Below, one piece after another: positions 1 to 12,153 of a stretch of 64,000 nucleotides of DNA; position 1 is the stretch's first letter; every line of letters begins with the position of its first letter. Location: NCBI GenBank assembly GCA_977862235.1, contig OZ374560.1, positions 1,364,001-1,428,000 of the forward strand, in the 5' to 3' direction. The translations under genes and the position numbers were made by a program. Under the pieces are notes generated by a model. It did no database searches. It was not told the DNA's origin and saw only the letters and a list, made by a program, of their open reading frames with translations. This DNA comes from Dudresnaya verticillata. Lineage: Eukaryota.

Positions 1-186
1 GCGACATGGCGTGCGGCGGGCGCGAGGGCGGCGGCGCGGGGCCGGGCGGGTCTCGTGCGGGGACGGTGGAGGCGGAGCGGGAGAGGCGGAACGGGAGAGC
101 GCAACGGACGTGTGTGATGGGATGGGTAATGGGATGCGATGCGAAGTGCGGGAATTGTGCTCGAGTAAGGCGGCGCTGTAAGGGGC

Positions 187-336
187 TGTAAGGAGGAAGT
201 GTAAGGCGGTGTAAGGAGGAAGTGTAAGGCGGTGTAAGGAGGAAGTGTAAGGCGGTGTAAGGAGGAAGTGTAAGGCGGTGTAAGGAGGAAGTGTAATGCA
301 GCGGTGTAAGGACCTGGTGTAAGGACGCGGTGTAAG
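187..336. repeat. Tandem 23-bp repeat (TGTAAGGAGGAAGTGTAAGGCGG) x ~4.8, followed by degenerate TGTAAG copies
   Basis: Units start at 187, 210, 233, 256 and 279; further GTGTAAG copies run to ~336. Lies upstream of the gene at 783. Confidence 0.9.
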
Positions 337-676
337 CAGCGATCTCCAGCAGTGCTCCAGCGATGACCGTCTCTGTGGCAACCGCAGCAGAAACAGAAAC
401 ACACGCTGTGCAGTAATCAACAGCTCACGGAAAAAGCGAAAAGTCGACTGAGCAATGCCAAAGCGTCAACGCGTCCCACCCCGTCCGTCAGTCGCACGCA
501 CACGCTCCGCTCGCGCAGGAGACTGACCAATGTATCCACAGCCGCCGTTGTCCAGCCGCCCCCGCCCATCTTGACTGCCAACATGGCACACGCGCCCGCC
601 CGCGTCGTGGATCCGCCTGGCCGCGCCGCCCTCCATCGCGCCTGCCAGAGAGCTCGCGCCCGCCAGAGAGCTCCGC

Positions 677-682
677 TATAAA
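677..682 (+). promoter_or_regulatory. TATA box of the gene at 783
   Basis: TATAAA in GC-rich context, followed by a CA-rich 5'UTR-like tract (ACCACTCACTCA x2) and the ATG at 783. Confidence 0.6.
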
Positions 683-782
683 GCCGCCGCGCGAGAGCGC
701 AGCAACCTCGCACGGCCCTCTGCACAAAACACTACTCTTAGCTCACACAACCACTCACTCAACCACTCACTCAACCATCCCA

Positions 783-1460
783 ATGGCCTCCCCAACCTCC
801 ATCCTCGTCATCGGCGCCGCCGGCCGCACCGGCCTGGAGGTCGTGCGCTCGGCCGCCAAGGCGTCGCCGCGCCCGGCCGTGCACGCCTTCACGCACGAGG
901 TCGCCATGCCGTCGCCAGAGGCCGCGCTGTGCGCGTCGGTCACCAAGGGCGACGCGCGCAAGTCGGCAGACCTGTCGGCGGCCCTGGCGTCGTCTGCGGC
1001 CGACGTTGTCGTCATGTCCATCGGCATCCCCAACAACACCAACAAGGACGACGTGCGCGAGGCCTCGGCCGCCGCGCTCATGGACGCCGTCGCGCCAGCC
1101 ACCAGCTTTGAGCACGTCAAGATCGTCGTGGTGTCGTCCACCGGCGCCGGCGGCACCAAGCTCAAGCTCGGCCTGGGCGTGGGCGCCATGGTCACGCATG
1201 CGCTGCGTCATGTTATGAAGGACCATGACAACCAGGAGAAGGTCTTCAAGGACCGCCTCGGCGCCGCGGGCAGGGACAGGATGCTCATCATCAGGCCCAC
1301 CGGGCTCGCCGACGGCAAGCCGGCCGGCAGCATCGCCGTGTTTGGCAACGCGGGCACTGCCAAGGGGAGGGTCACTCGCGCCGACCTCGGCAAGTGGATT
1401 GTCGATGAGGTCATTTCGGGCGCCAATTTTGGCAACGAGTTCTGCTGCACGGCCAACTAG
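783..1460 (+). CDS. NAD(P)H-binding Rossmann-fold protein (flavin reductase/BLVRB-like, atypical SDR), copy 1
   Basis: N-terminal ILVIGAAGRTG motif, GDA, VVVSSTG, IIRPTGL and VTRAD motifs; 225 aa, intronless, strong GC3 bias. Confidence 0.9.
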   Translation: MASPTSILVIGAAGRTGLEVVRSAAKASPRPAVHAFTHEVAMPSPEAALCASVTKGDARKSADLSAALASSAADVVVMSIGIPNNTNKDDVREASAAALMDAVAPATSFEHVKIVVVSSTGAGGTKLKLGLGVGAMVTHALRHVMKDHDNQEKVFKDRLGAAGRDRMLIIRPTGLADGKPAGSIAVFGNAGTAKGRVTRADLGKWIVDEVISGANFGNEFCCTAN

Positions 1461-1930
1461 TAGGAGAAACCGTCTACCCTACCGCCTATGTTAGTCGGCG
1501 TATAGCGTCACCGCTGCTTTGTAGGTGCGATGCCTGCCCCGTCCCCTTCCTAATGCTTTACCCGCCCAATGCAACTAGAAAATAACAACAAACCTTTTTG
1601 ACTGCAAACCGCAACAACAACAACAACAACTTGGCACAATAGCCTTTGCCACCAGCAGCGCCCACGGGCGCAGACTAATGTTAGTCCTATTGTCATTCAC
1701 ATAGCAGCGAGGCTGCGAAGGGAGCGTTGCATACTTTGTTCCTTTGTGGTCGACATCTGTACTGTAATGTCCGGGGAGATTCACTCCTGAGACGGAGCAA
1801 CCTGTGGCTAACCTTCTACTGCCCGCAGCATCGGGAGGAGGCGCGACGCAAACCCACCGACGCCGCCGCACCGCCACCATCGACCCCCTGACACTGCGCG
1901 AACAAAGCATTATCGCCCACGCTCGCCTCA

Positions 1931-3274
1931 ATGACAGCCGTCACGCCGCTCGCCGAGCTCAAGCAAGTATGGGCGCTCTCGGACGAGCTCTTCCACGGCC
2001 ACCTCTCAGAGCACCACGCCCTCGCGCAACCAATCTCGCTGCGCAACCCGTTCGTCTTCTACCTGGGCCACCTGCCTGCCTTTGCCTGGAGCACAATAAG
2101 AGCCTCCCTCACCCCGTCGCCGCCGCCCGTCCACGACAAGTGGGACTACCTGTTCTCGCGCGGCATCGACCCCGACGTCGATGACCCCACGCGCTGCCAC
2201 GACCACCCGCCGCCGCCGCCGCAGTGGCCCGAGTGGCCGCAGGTGCTCGACTATGTGCAGACCGTGCGCGACGCCATCTGCGAACTCGCGGCGAGCCGCA
2301 ACCCTCCGTCCGCGCGCGTCCTCCGCCTCGTAGCAGAGCACGAGGCCATGCACGTCGAGACCTTGTACTACATGCTTGCACAGAGCTTGCACACCGGTGA
2401 CGCCAGTCTCTCTGCATCGCGCCCTGCATCGCGCCACCCCGACAACATCGCTGCTCAAGAGGCAACCCTCGAGCGGGAAGTGCGTTCGCCATCCGTCGAA
2501 TGGGTCCATGTCAAGGCAGGCACCGTCAAACTAGGCGCTCCCACCGCCTCACATTTCACTTGGGACAACGAAGCGAATCCCGAGATCGCCTCGGTCGCAG
2601 CTTTTCGCATTGCTAAAAACGCCGTTTCGATTGCCGACTTTCACGCCTTCGTGTGCGCGGGCGGATATAACAACAGTCTGCTCTGGACGCCGGAGGACTG
2701 GTCGTGGGTCTCCAGCACCGATCTCCTCCATCCATCGACATGGACACGCGACGGCCACGGTTCCTACTCGGTGCTCACAGGCGTTGGACCCGGAAATCCT
2801 CAGCCAAAAGCCCGCCCGTTGAAGGAGGTTAGCGCGTGGCCTGTGTCAGTATCCTTGGCCGAGGCGCGTGCATACGCAACATGGTCTGGCGCGTCGCTTC
2901 CCTCAGAGGCGCAGTGGGTGCTGGCTGCATATGGTCCGGAAGGCGCATCCGCAGAGTTTGGTGCAGTTGACATCATGAAAGGCGAGCCTTGCGAAGTGAG
3001 AGAGGATGCTGTCGTCTCGGCTTGCGGAGCGGTTGGAATGGTCGGAAACGGATGGGAGCTCACAACTACTCCTTTCGAGCGCTTTGAAGTCTTTCAGCCG
3101 ACGCCAGAGTATCTCCAGTATTCGGCAGACTTCTTCAACGGAAAGCATTTCGTCCTCAAGGGCGGTTCGTGGGCGACCCCTTCACTCCTTGTGCGACCTT
3201 CGTTTCGCAACTGGTATCAGTCGCGGTACCCCTTTGTGTTTTCAAAGTTTCGCCTCGTCGCCGCAACGGGATAA
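1931..3274 (+). CDS. DinB_2 + FGE-sulfatase non-heme iron sulfoxide synthase, fungal Egt1-type (ergothioneine pathway), with no methyltransferase domain
   Basis: LRNPFVFYLGH, RGIDPDVDDP..CH and HEAMHVETLYYML (iron-binding His triad); FGE motifs LPSEAQW, GNGWE, YSADFF, VLKGGSWAT and FRNWYQ. Confidence 0.85.
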   Translation: MTAVTPLAELKQVWALSDELFHGHLSEHHALAQPISLRNPFVFYLGHLPAFAWSTIRASLTPSPPPVHDKWDYLFSRGIDPDVDDPTRCHDHPPPPPQWPEWPQVLDYVQTVRDAICELAASRNPPSARVLRLVAEHEAMHVETLYYMLAQSLHTGDASLSASRPASRHPDNIAAQEATLEREVRSPSVEWVHVKAGTVKLGAPTASHFTWDNEANPEIASVAAFRIAKNAVSIADFHAFVCAGGYNNSLLWTPEDWSWVSSTDLLHPSTWTRDGHGSYSVLTGVGPGNPQPKARPLKEVSAWPVSVSLAEARAYATWSGASLPSEAQWVLAAYGPEGASAEFGAVDIMKGEPCEVREDAVVSACGAVGMVGNGWELTTTPFERFEVFQPTPEYLQYSADFFNGKHFVLKGGSWATPSLLVRPSFRNWYQSRYPFVFSKFRLVAATG

Positions 3275-4296
3275 TGACGGCCAGTGCAATGCATTTACTT
3301 GACAGGATACCAAATTTCCAAACGTGAGCAGTTCTCCTCACACTACTCGATAGGGCGAAGACCGGTGCCCAACTTTTCACATGCGACCCACGACCCGCTC
3401 CCAGACTTTACGGGCTTGACCGAGCCAAAGCCGACGTAGCAGACGAACGCGGTGCGTGCCGGCGTAGCCGTTGCATGCATGCAGGGTATGTGGAGCGCGG
3501 AAGGCAGAGCCGCGCTCTCGATGATCAACACTGGGCACGCCGAGGCATTCGGGCAACACGCACGGGTAGCGGCGCGGTGCGCGAGGACGATGGCGCGGGA
3601 GGCGCGGGAGGCGCACGCGCCTCGGCGACGGGTTTTCTCATGGGCCCTGCAGCGCGCGTCGCCCAGTGGCTCATGGAAGAGGCAGTCCCCATATGCGTCG
3701 ACCTCGAGAAAGAGAGCAAGACGTGCTCGAGAAGCTGACCAGGTGGTATCTCCGGGATGCTTAGTTCGGGGATTGCTGGGGAGCCGCTGCTACACGGCGG
3801 AAGGCGAACGCGCAACAGACGAGCTGGTCCAAGTGCAAAAGTGTGGAGGGCTCATCTCCCCTGCGCGGCGCGTCGGGCATCCGGGTATCTGTTTCGTAGT
3901 TGCACCATACGTGCTCATTTGCGTGGTAGCTGTGCTACTCGGCGACGAAGGTACGAAGGTATTGCAGTCGCGTGGCAGACTACACTGCATACGAACAATT
4001 TTGAATGATCTTCGAGGTCCGTGGGGCCCGCGGGGCCTGCGAGGACTACTCGAATTTGAACGCACCATGCACGAGGAGGGAAACCACATTACATTATTGT
4101 GCAAGTATTGTCATTCTCTCGCAAACCTTGGACCTTTTGTTACTGCAACAAGGTTACAATGGGCGGGGACAGGGACGGTAGCCAAGAGAAACGACCAGCA
4201 GCAAGATGTACATCGCACAATCTTTTAAGGATACGGTATCTACAAGAATAAGAATAGTATACATCTGCCTAAACATTTGCCTCACGTTCAACAACC

Positions 4297-5294
4297 TCAC
4301 TCCTGCTCCCCCTTCCTTTTTATCGGTCGGAACGATCCCTTGTTCGCCTTCCCGGTTGCAATAATTTGTCGGATGCCCTTCTCGTAACTCGACAGTCTTA
4401 CATACCATGGCGTAGCTCCGGGCTCAGCACAAGTCGCGTTTGCAAAGCTCGTGATTGCGTATTGCCGCACTTGTGAACCCGCTCCCCGCAAGAACAGCGG
4501 TCCGCCACTGTCCCCGTCTATACCACGACCGCATCTCGAGCACCCAAAAAGAGTTAGCATATATACAACATATCTGCCGCGTGAAGCCGTTCAAACAGCT
4601 GCGCCGAAAGCAAGTATTACGCGTTCAACTTACAACATGTGTCCGTCAAGCCCTTCTCCGGAAAGCCAATTGACGTTGCGCAAACCTGCAGATCGTCCCT
4701 CAAATACACTCGAAGCTCGCTATGCTCCCTGCTGGCGCACGTTTCGAAGTCCTGCGCAACCACGGTCGTCTGCATAGCCTGCTCTGCGTTCGGGCCGTCC
4801 TCGCTCAATGCGCCATATCCGACCGCCACAACCCGAGTCCCTTCTACCGGCGCGTCGGCAAACTTGACAGCTCGAAACAGATGTCCCGGAATATCCTCGC
4901 TCAGTTCCAGCAGCGCGATGTCGTGTCGCATGTCAACAAAACCGCGCTTCCACGCGTTGTGGACCAGCATCCGCGACACTCCTAGCGCACTTTGGGAAAG
5001 CATCGGAAACGCAGACAAGCTGCCGAAAAATACTGCGGTGCCGTCAACGTCAGCCGACGCTCCGTGCGTTGCGCCTTCAAAGCAGTGCGCAGCGGAGAGG
5101 ATCCATTTCCGCCCTATCATCGTGCCAGTGCATGGAAAGTATTTGCCTTCATTAGTGCGTACCAGTATGTACGCAAGGTGCCTTACATATCGTGGAGACG
5201 CCGAGTCCCCACCGACAATGCGCTTCTGAAGGCTCAATGCCCTTGGGATATTCAAGAGCAACACAAAAAGTAGAGTGACATGAGTTGTCAACAT
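4297..5294 (-). CDS. Secreted trypsin-like (S1) serine protease, two exons (5294-4634 and 4517-4297)
   Basis: Signal peptide, KR|IVGG, SAAHC and HDIALL motifs; splicing restores DTCYGDSGGPL. Confidence 0.9.
4518..4633 (-). other. Spliceosomal intron (116 nt)
   Basis: GTAAGT donor, GCTAAC branch point (4558-4553) and TAG acceptor; removal joins T+AC to give Tyr in frame just before GDSGG. Confidence 0.9.
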
Positions 5295-6505
5295 CACCTG
5301 TGCATGCTTGCGGAGAGCTTGTGACAACGTTGATGAACTATCGCGATGGATTCAAGTTGGTGATGACAGCAGTTAGTCCACCGCCGGGAGGCGAGGCAGG
5401 CACGGTTCAACAACAAGTTTGACAGTACAACGTAGTTTGCGAATTTGCCGTCCCCTCGGCATTTCAGACTACTGCACCCGAGCAGAAGCGGGACAACAGC
5501 TGTCGATGATGACCAGCTTCACTGCGCATCTTTTCGGGTCAAACTGCAAGTCTGTTGCTCACTGCAATGGCCTGGTCGGGCCACGTTCTGAGAGGCATTT
5601 GACTGCTCCTTTGCACGGGACGGCAATTTGTGGAGTTGGAGTGGGGAAAAAGGGGCTGAAGAATAGGCGGATGCGAATGGATGCACACCATTGCGCTTCT
5701 CTCCTCTCCCCGTAGCGAAGCATGCATAAAGCAGAACCTGTTTCTTCCACTTCGTTACAATGTGCAGTGGCAAGGGCCACAAGCTGATATTGCCAAAATG
5801 TTTATGAGCGCTTGCGTGTTATGATGGCTGGCAAAGGCAATGCCAATGCGGTTCAAACATCGGAACAAGAATTTGCTTGTAATTGTCGCCGAGACCTGTT
5901 CCAGTTTGGCAGTAGGAGAGATGGCAAGCCTTCAAATCCTAGCCACAAAGCCTGTGCTTTCATCAAGTGGTTTCAGAGACCACTGGGCTCTGAACTGGCG
6001 ACGTTGAAGGTTCAACTGAACCCCAACACAACCGTTGGACTGCACTTGAAGATAGAGTATGAAACGTTAATAATAACAATATGGCTTTGCGACAACCTCA
6101 AAGTCGGCGCCGCCCTAGTTTCAGCGGTCCCAATCACCGCTACAACATCCAAACCTTGATGGCGAGGACGATTTCAAAGTTACCAACTACTCCTGCGACT
6201 CGAGCACCGAAGTTTTTATTTCGCATGTGGAAGTATCCCACAGAAAGAATCGAACTTCAAGAGGTTGCTTGAATCAACTGTCTGGGTAAATGCTTCTGGT
6301 CTCTCTTGTATCTGGTGCTCTACCTCAGTGACAGCAAAAGAAGTTTAATAAGGAACATGGGAATGTGTAGGAAATCCTCAAGCCCGGTATGGCAAAACAC
6401 GTGTCGACCAACACGGATTTGCCGATAAGACTCGGACAGGATGTCAACCTTTGCAACGACATGGTGGAACGATGACAAGGATGATCCAAGAAGCAGACAG
6501 GCATT

Positions 6506-7453
6506 CTATCTCAGTATCTTCCAACGCTTGTTTTTGTTCTGCTCAACCTTAGCAGTAATCATAGACTTGTAGAAGGAGGTGCGCATGTACACATAAATAC
6601 TCCCTGGTGATTCACACAACACGCCAAAGAAATGGCTCAGAACACCATATTGGATGAACGAACCCTTTTGTTTTCGAACGATCGGCCCTCCCGAATCACC
6701 GAAGCAAATACCGGTTTTGCCTTGGTTGGGAAACCCCTTTGACGTTGCACACACCGATTCCTTTTGTACGGTAGGACTTGTACCGCTGAATCCCAACTGC
6801 TTGCTGCAAACGTTCCACTTTTGATGCAAAACTTTGGTGGCAAGCAGGCGCTTCGACAGGTTCTCAAAAGAGCCTTTTGTCCCGTATCCGGCGGCAGTTA
6901 CTTTTTTCCGACCGGCCGATGGCTCTTCTCCCAACCGCATGGCAGAGTACTGGGAGCCTTTTATCTCCTCTTTCAACTCTATGAGTGCAATGTCATTTCG
7001 GTCTGAATTCATCTTGAACTTCTTGTGGACGAGAACTTGCTTCATTTGATAGCGGTTTTTCGGAAACGCGAACGGATTAAACGCCGTCTTCTTTTGGCCG
7101 ACCAGAACAAATGACTTCTTGGCGTGAACACGGTTTTTCTTTCCAGACCCCAAGTAGAAGCAATGAGCTGCACAGAGAATAAATCTCTTGGCAATGACAG
7201 ACCCTGTGCAAGAAGCTATGTCCTTATTTCTAGTAATGACAATCACTAGAGCCATTCTTCTCCTTAGCGCCTTCGGTGCCTTTGTACCACCAATGATTAA
7301 TTCGTTTACCTCTATATCATCATTAACAGTCGTGTTAGGAAACTGTTCAAGATTTCCGTGGTATGTAGGTTTTCCTATATGTAGCGGAAGATTCTGGGCA
7401 GCTGCCGCTACGAAAGCCGAAAGCAAAACTAGAATTGGAACCAAGGTCTTCAT
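6506..7453 (-). CDS. Secreted trypsin-like (S1) serine protease, intronless paralog
   Basis: Signal peptide, IIGG, CAAHC, NDIALI and CFGDSGGP motifs; Lys-rich. Confidence 0.9.
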   Translation of the reverse strand: MKTLVPILVLLSAFVAAAAQNLPLHIGKPTYHGNLEQFPNTTVNDDIEVNELIIGGTKAPKALRRRMALVIVITRNKDIASCTGSVIAKRFILCAAHCFYLGSGKKNRVHAKKSFVLVGQKKTAFNPFAFPKNRYQMKQVLVHKKFKMNSDRNDIALIELKEEIKGSQYSAMRLGEEPSAGRKKVTAAGYGTKGSFENLSKRLLATKVLHQKWNVCSKQLGFSGTSPTVQKESVCATSKGFPNQGKTGICFGDSGGPIVRKQKGSFIQYGVLSHFFGVLCESPGSIYVYMRTSFYKSMITAKVEQNKNKRWKILR

Positions 7454-8940
7454 CGCAGACGAAAAGGAAGTGTGTTCTGGAAGAAATCGACAATTGTGCG
7501 TCCGTCACAGCTTGTGACTCACAAGTGACGCTGACTGCAGCAATGCACAGAACGAGTATTTCGATCCTCCCTTTTGTGGACGCGGACGGGAGGCAGACGG
7601 TAGAAGGTATGGAAGGTTGGCCACGGCTCGGTTCGGTTTATGACACCTTTTCTGCTATCGTAGTGCTATGGCGGATATTGCAAAGTAGTATGGATTCAGT
7701 GCAAGCCATCTTTGGCGTAGGGCGTGTAATTCAAGGGGTCCGCTGTGAGGCCAAGGCCTTTTTATTTGTCCGTCCCGATCGCCCTTTGGACAACTCAATG
7801 GTTTTCATAACGGACTTTTTGCGCAATGCAGCATTCTTTGCAAGGCCAGCCGAGGTCAACGGACGAATCCTGCCTTCTGGTTGTCAGGCCAACGGTCTAC
7901 CTGGTTCGTTCAGTGCGGCACGCCCCTATTAGAAGTTGAGTTTCCAAAACTACTTGAGCACTATCGAGATTCTTCCTCACAGAATACTCCACTTCTACAT
8001 AAGAGCTTGACGGTGCTAGGCTGGTCGCTTCTTGGTGTCCCGCATAACGATACCGTACGGTTGTTGCAGAATCACTTCTTCTAACAAACAGCGTTTAAAC
8101 TGTTTTTCTCGTGCCATGACTTGCCGGACGTAATCTTTGCCTCTCAATAGAGAGTCCACTGGCAACACGGCACTGCACGCACATCAACTCGTCAGTCCAC
8201 CCAACAGTTGCAACGAACGGGGCAGAGCGGGACGACTGTTAGTCCGAACCATCAGTTTTCTGCTTCGTCCCTCAACAGGTCTCTCCGACTTGGCCCCGCG
8301 AATCCGAAGCTTCGATGAACGATGCCTGCCATCTACCGCCACTCTACTGCCATCATGGATATCGGTGTGTGCGCATTGACCCTCGATAAATCTGAGCTGC
8401 AAAGAGCAGTTATGGAGCCTTGTTTCCGTGTCATGAAACCAGCGCAACCATCCGCGGAAAGGGCGCTTTCCGCACTGCGGCTCTGGTCCAGTCGCATTTC
8501 GAACAGGCTAGTTCTCAACTAGGACCAGACGAGCACTTGCTGTGCCAAAGTCGCCTATGCTGTGTCCCCTTTCTCCGCGTCACAGCAGATGCGCCGCCGT
8601 CAAATTGTCAGGACCCTGCTGTCACGGCTGCTTTTCAACAGCCTTTCACTAGTTCCTATACACACCGCATTGCTCGCGGGTGCGATGCAAGCGATGTTTG
8701 AGTTCACCCAATACTTTATCCAAACCTTCAATGTATGTGTCACGTCCACGCATTTTCTTAAGTTAATCTCGCACAGACCCGAATCCCAGGCAGATAGCCT
8801 ACCTGACAACTCACGATGGCTAAGTCTAGCACCCTCGAATGGATGCGAGAATCCCCCGAACATGCGCAATTGCCGCGGATACCTCTCTCTGTGCGACAAT
8901 TTGTCCACTCCCCTGTGACACACGAGGCGCGTAGTGCACA

Positions 8941-9615
8941 CTAGTTGCCTGTGCAGCAGAACGAATTGCCGAACGAAGCCCCGGAAATGATTTCGTCAAC
9001 AACCCAAGCGCCGAGATCAGCTCTGGTCACTCTGCCCTTCGCGGTACCGCCGTTTCCGAAGACTGACATCCTCCCAGTGGCCTTGCCGTCTGCCAACCCG
9101 GTCGGGCGGATAATCAGCAAGCGATCCTGACCGTCACTACCCAGCCGTTTCTTCACCTCATTCTCCTGGTTGTCGTGGTCCTTCATGACGTGACGGAGCG
9201 CATGCGACACAATGGTTCCAACACCCATGCCCAGCTTGAGCTTTGTTCCTCCGGAGCCGGTTGACGACACTAGAATGACTTTCACATTATCGAACTTGGA
9301 GCCCGGCGCGATCACATCCATCAGGGCCTTGGCTGACATCTCGCGCACGTCATCCTTGCTAGTGTCGTTCGGGATGCCTATTGCAATAACCAGGTAGTCG
9401 GCTTCCGACGTGGCTACAGCGCGCTCAATGTCCTCCGACTTGCGAGCGTCGCCCTTGGTGACCGAGGCACACAGCGCGGCGTCCTCCGCGGGCAACTCGG
9501 TATTATGCGTGAAGGCATGCACGGTTAGCTTTGTGGAAGCGTTTGCTGCGGCGCGAATGACTTCCAGGCCGGTGCGACCAGCCCCGCCGATGACGAGAAT
9601 AGAGGGAGATGCCAT
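8941..9615 (-). CDS. NAD(P)H-binding Rossmann-fold protein (flavin reductase-like), copy 2
   Basis: Starts MASPSILVIGGAGRTG; colinear and highly similar to 783-1460. ATG at 9615 chosen by alignment with copy 1. Confidence 0.9.
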   Translation of the reverse strand: MASPSILVIGGAGRTGLEVIRAAANASTKLTVHAFTHNTELPAEDAALCASVTKGDARKSEDIERAVATSEADYLVIAIGIPNDTSKDDVREMSAKALMDVIAPGSKFDNVKVILVSSTGSGGTKLKLGMGVGTIVSHALRHVMKDHDNQENEVKKRLGSDGQDRLLIIRPTGLADGKATGRMSVFGNGGTAKGRVTRADLGAWVVDEIISGASFGNSFCCTGN

Positions 9616-12153
9616 GGCACAGAAGCGGGGACGAACTCGTTTGCGGCTCAAGATGCAAGGTGCCTTGACCTATGCTTGGAAGCGAGGAGCGAACGAGTGG
9701 TATTGTTAGTGAGAAGATCACTTGTCGTTGCTAATAACTTGTGCAAAGCTGAATACTAAGGAACTCGAGAGCTCTTCCCATGACATGAAGACTCTGTATG
9801 GATCGGTAGGCGGAAAGACATGGTTGCATGGACTGACTAACGTTCCTCACTCGCTTTGCCGTACTGCCGGCTTGAACAGAGTGCTTAGGGTCAAAAAGAA
9901 GTAAAAAGATTGAACACACCAGCAATGGAATACGAGAGGATGGACGACGTTAACGCTTCGGAGTTTTGCAATTGACGCGAAAATGATTGCTGCCGTATCT
10001 GTTTGCGTATGTGTACAATCCGCCTCTCAATCGGAACATCCACTTAGCACTGCACCGGTCAACGGACCAACCGGAGCGCTGGTGATGGAAGAAGGCACTC
10101 AGCTCTAATGGGTCTTAGACATATATTGCCGCGGCCGTCGGTTGTTGTCTGAGCTCCCCTTGTCCAGCGCCCTCACTATCCCTTTGCTGAACGGCAAACT
10201 GCCAGCAGAATCATGATGATGTGATGTAGCAACAGGAGCACATCAAGACGAAAAACTTTCCATGTTGCAGTGCTCAAGGCGCCGACTCCTGGAAGCATGT
10301 TCTTTCGCAACTGCCCTCGCCATGTGTGCACTTTTCGGCACGGAATCTCGTCAGTTTCTTTAGTGCGCATGCTTGCGAGTAGTGGGTTGGGAGCCTGCGG
10401 GTAGTGTGGCAGCTAGTCGCGAGAAGCACAGGGCAAATGCCGGACGAGGTAGCACAGAATTGCGCGATACGTGGGCCGGGGCCCAGAGCAAACCCATTCT
10501 GTGAAAATCTTGGGGCACGTGGATAACTTGTGGCTTTCGCCTTCAAGTTGGTGTGAGGATGGACGAAGCACCACATTCGTTAACAAGAACATGTCAACAG
10601 TGCTCGCGGTATGAAGGTCTACGCAAAAGCAGGTTCGCCAGCCACCATTCCCGACATATGATATGTACGAGATTCATGCTGCTCAGCAAAGCGAGTTGTC
10701 ACACAAACCCCGCAACACTAAATAAATCTGTGTGAAGCCTACGCCGGTCAAGCAGAAGGACTGAGAGCAGCTCACCAGGGAGCTCAAGCTGCTTCAGTCA
10801 CGGGCCTCATTCCCAAACTCCTTGTTGAGATGCGGCAGCCTAGCGAAGTGCCTTTTGATTTTGATACCCCGACAAAGCGGTCTCCCCGCCCTCCGCACCC
10901 GTGCCACGTCAACGGTGCTACAGCATGTCTCATCATAGGGCGTGGGAAGGAATTGTACCGGGAAGCCCAAGCCTATTTTCACATGGCTCTTTCACCGACA
11001 TGACATTTATGCCCATTAACCCGCTGCACTCGGGAGCTTCTTAGAGCTCCCTTTTACCTGCTCAATAAGGGCTAGCTTTCGCCAACTAGCAAGATGCAGA
11101 TGCAACAAATCGAGAGAAGTTCAAAATCGCTCTCTCCTTCCTGGCAGCTAGATGCCTGCTTCGGGTACCCTGGTCGACTTGTGGTCTTCGCTGCAGATGG
11201 CCATCGCTTTTTTTAATCGAGCCAGCATGAACCTCTATGTTTTAGGACCGAAGAAAAAGAACGTCATGAAGAGACCAAGCGCACCTCTTCTAAGTAATGG
11301 TTGAGGACTGCTATTGTCACAGGAGCAATACATTTGATCTGATGGACCCGAGCGCTTCAAAAGTTGCGACAAACTCACTGCGAAGCATCGCCCCGGCACA
11401 GGAAGTACGGACATGTACTTTGCACATGTACTACGTGTCTGTGCAGTAGGTATGCGCAAGGCACATGTTGGCCGAGCAAATGCGTTACAGCTTGTTACTC
11501 GTTTCGAGAAGACAGGCTTTTCGTATTTCTCGAGAAAAGGTACGAGTCGTCGAATTGTTTTAGAAGAGGAAAGAGCAAACTGGCGGAAGACAGCAGTCCA
11601 TGATGCTGAGGTTCGCAGCGGCGCTGCCGAGGACTGCGCAGCCTAGTGGGGCGCGTGCGCTGGTTCTTGCCACAGTTCTCGCCGAAGAATGAAGCAGAGT
11701 GCTCCTTTCGGAGGTGTGGCGAATGATTTCGGTGACACGACAGAAGAAAGCATTGGCTCCAGCAACGAGCAACGAGGTCGACGCGGCGCAGACGTCAACG
11801 TGGGCGAAATCTGCATCGATTCGCGCTGATTCGACGCCGCAACCGCGCGTGCACGTGCAAGATGGAGAATGCCGTGCGCGCTCCCGACCACCGGGCACTC
11901 ACCGACTGCCTTCCGAAGAGCACCAACGCGACCAATGCAAGAAGAATCCATGCAGCGAGCAGCCTCACATGCCGCTTCGGCGTTGCGCTGTACAACATCA
12001 CCAGCGCACAGGGAAGTCCCATCTCATCCAGAGGCTGCGCGTGCGACCTGCCCATGGACGGCTATATAAGCCTTTCCGTCTGTAACGCCAGCCTGCTGTG
12101 TTCATTCTGGTAACACTCCCACACTCCCAAACCGCTGGCATCCGCATCGCGCC

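Noticed and set aside
1..7. Possible start codon of a divergent minus-strand gene
   Set aside because: Only two codons are in the window, so it cannot be supported.
187..300. Possible CRISPR array or telomeric repeat
   Set aside because: Units are directly adjacent with no unique spacers, there are no cas genes, and the position is interstitial in a eukaryotic context.
3452..4228. 258-aa ORF
   Set aside because: GTG start, no motifs and Arg-rich random-like composition.
7435..8918. Several 60-165 aa ORFs
   Set aside because: No recognisable domains; consistent with chance intergenic ORFs.
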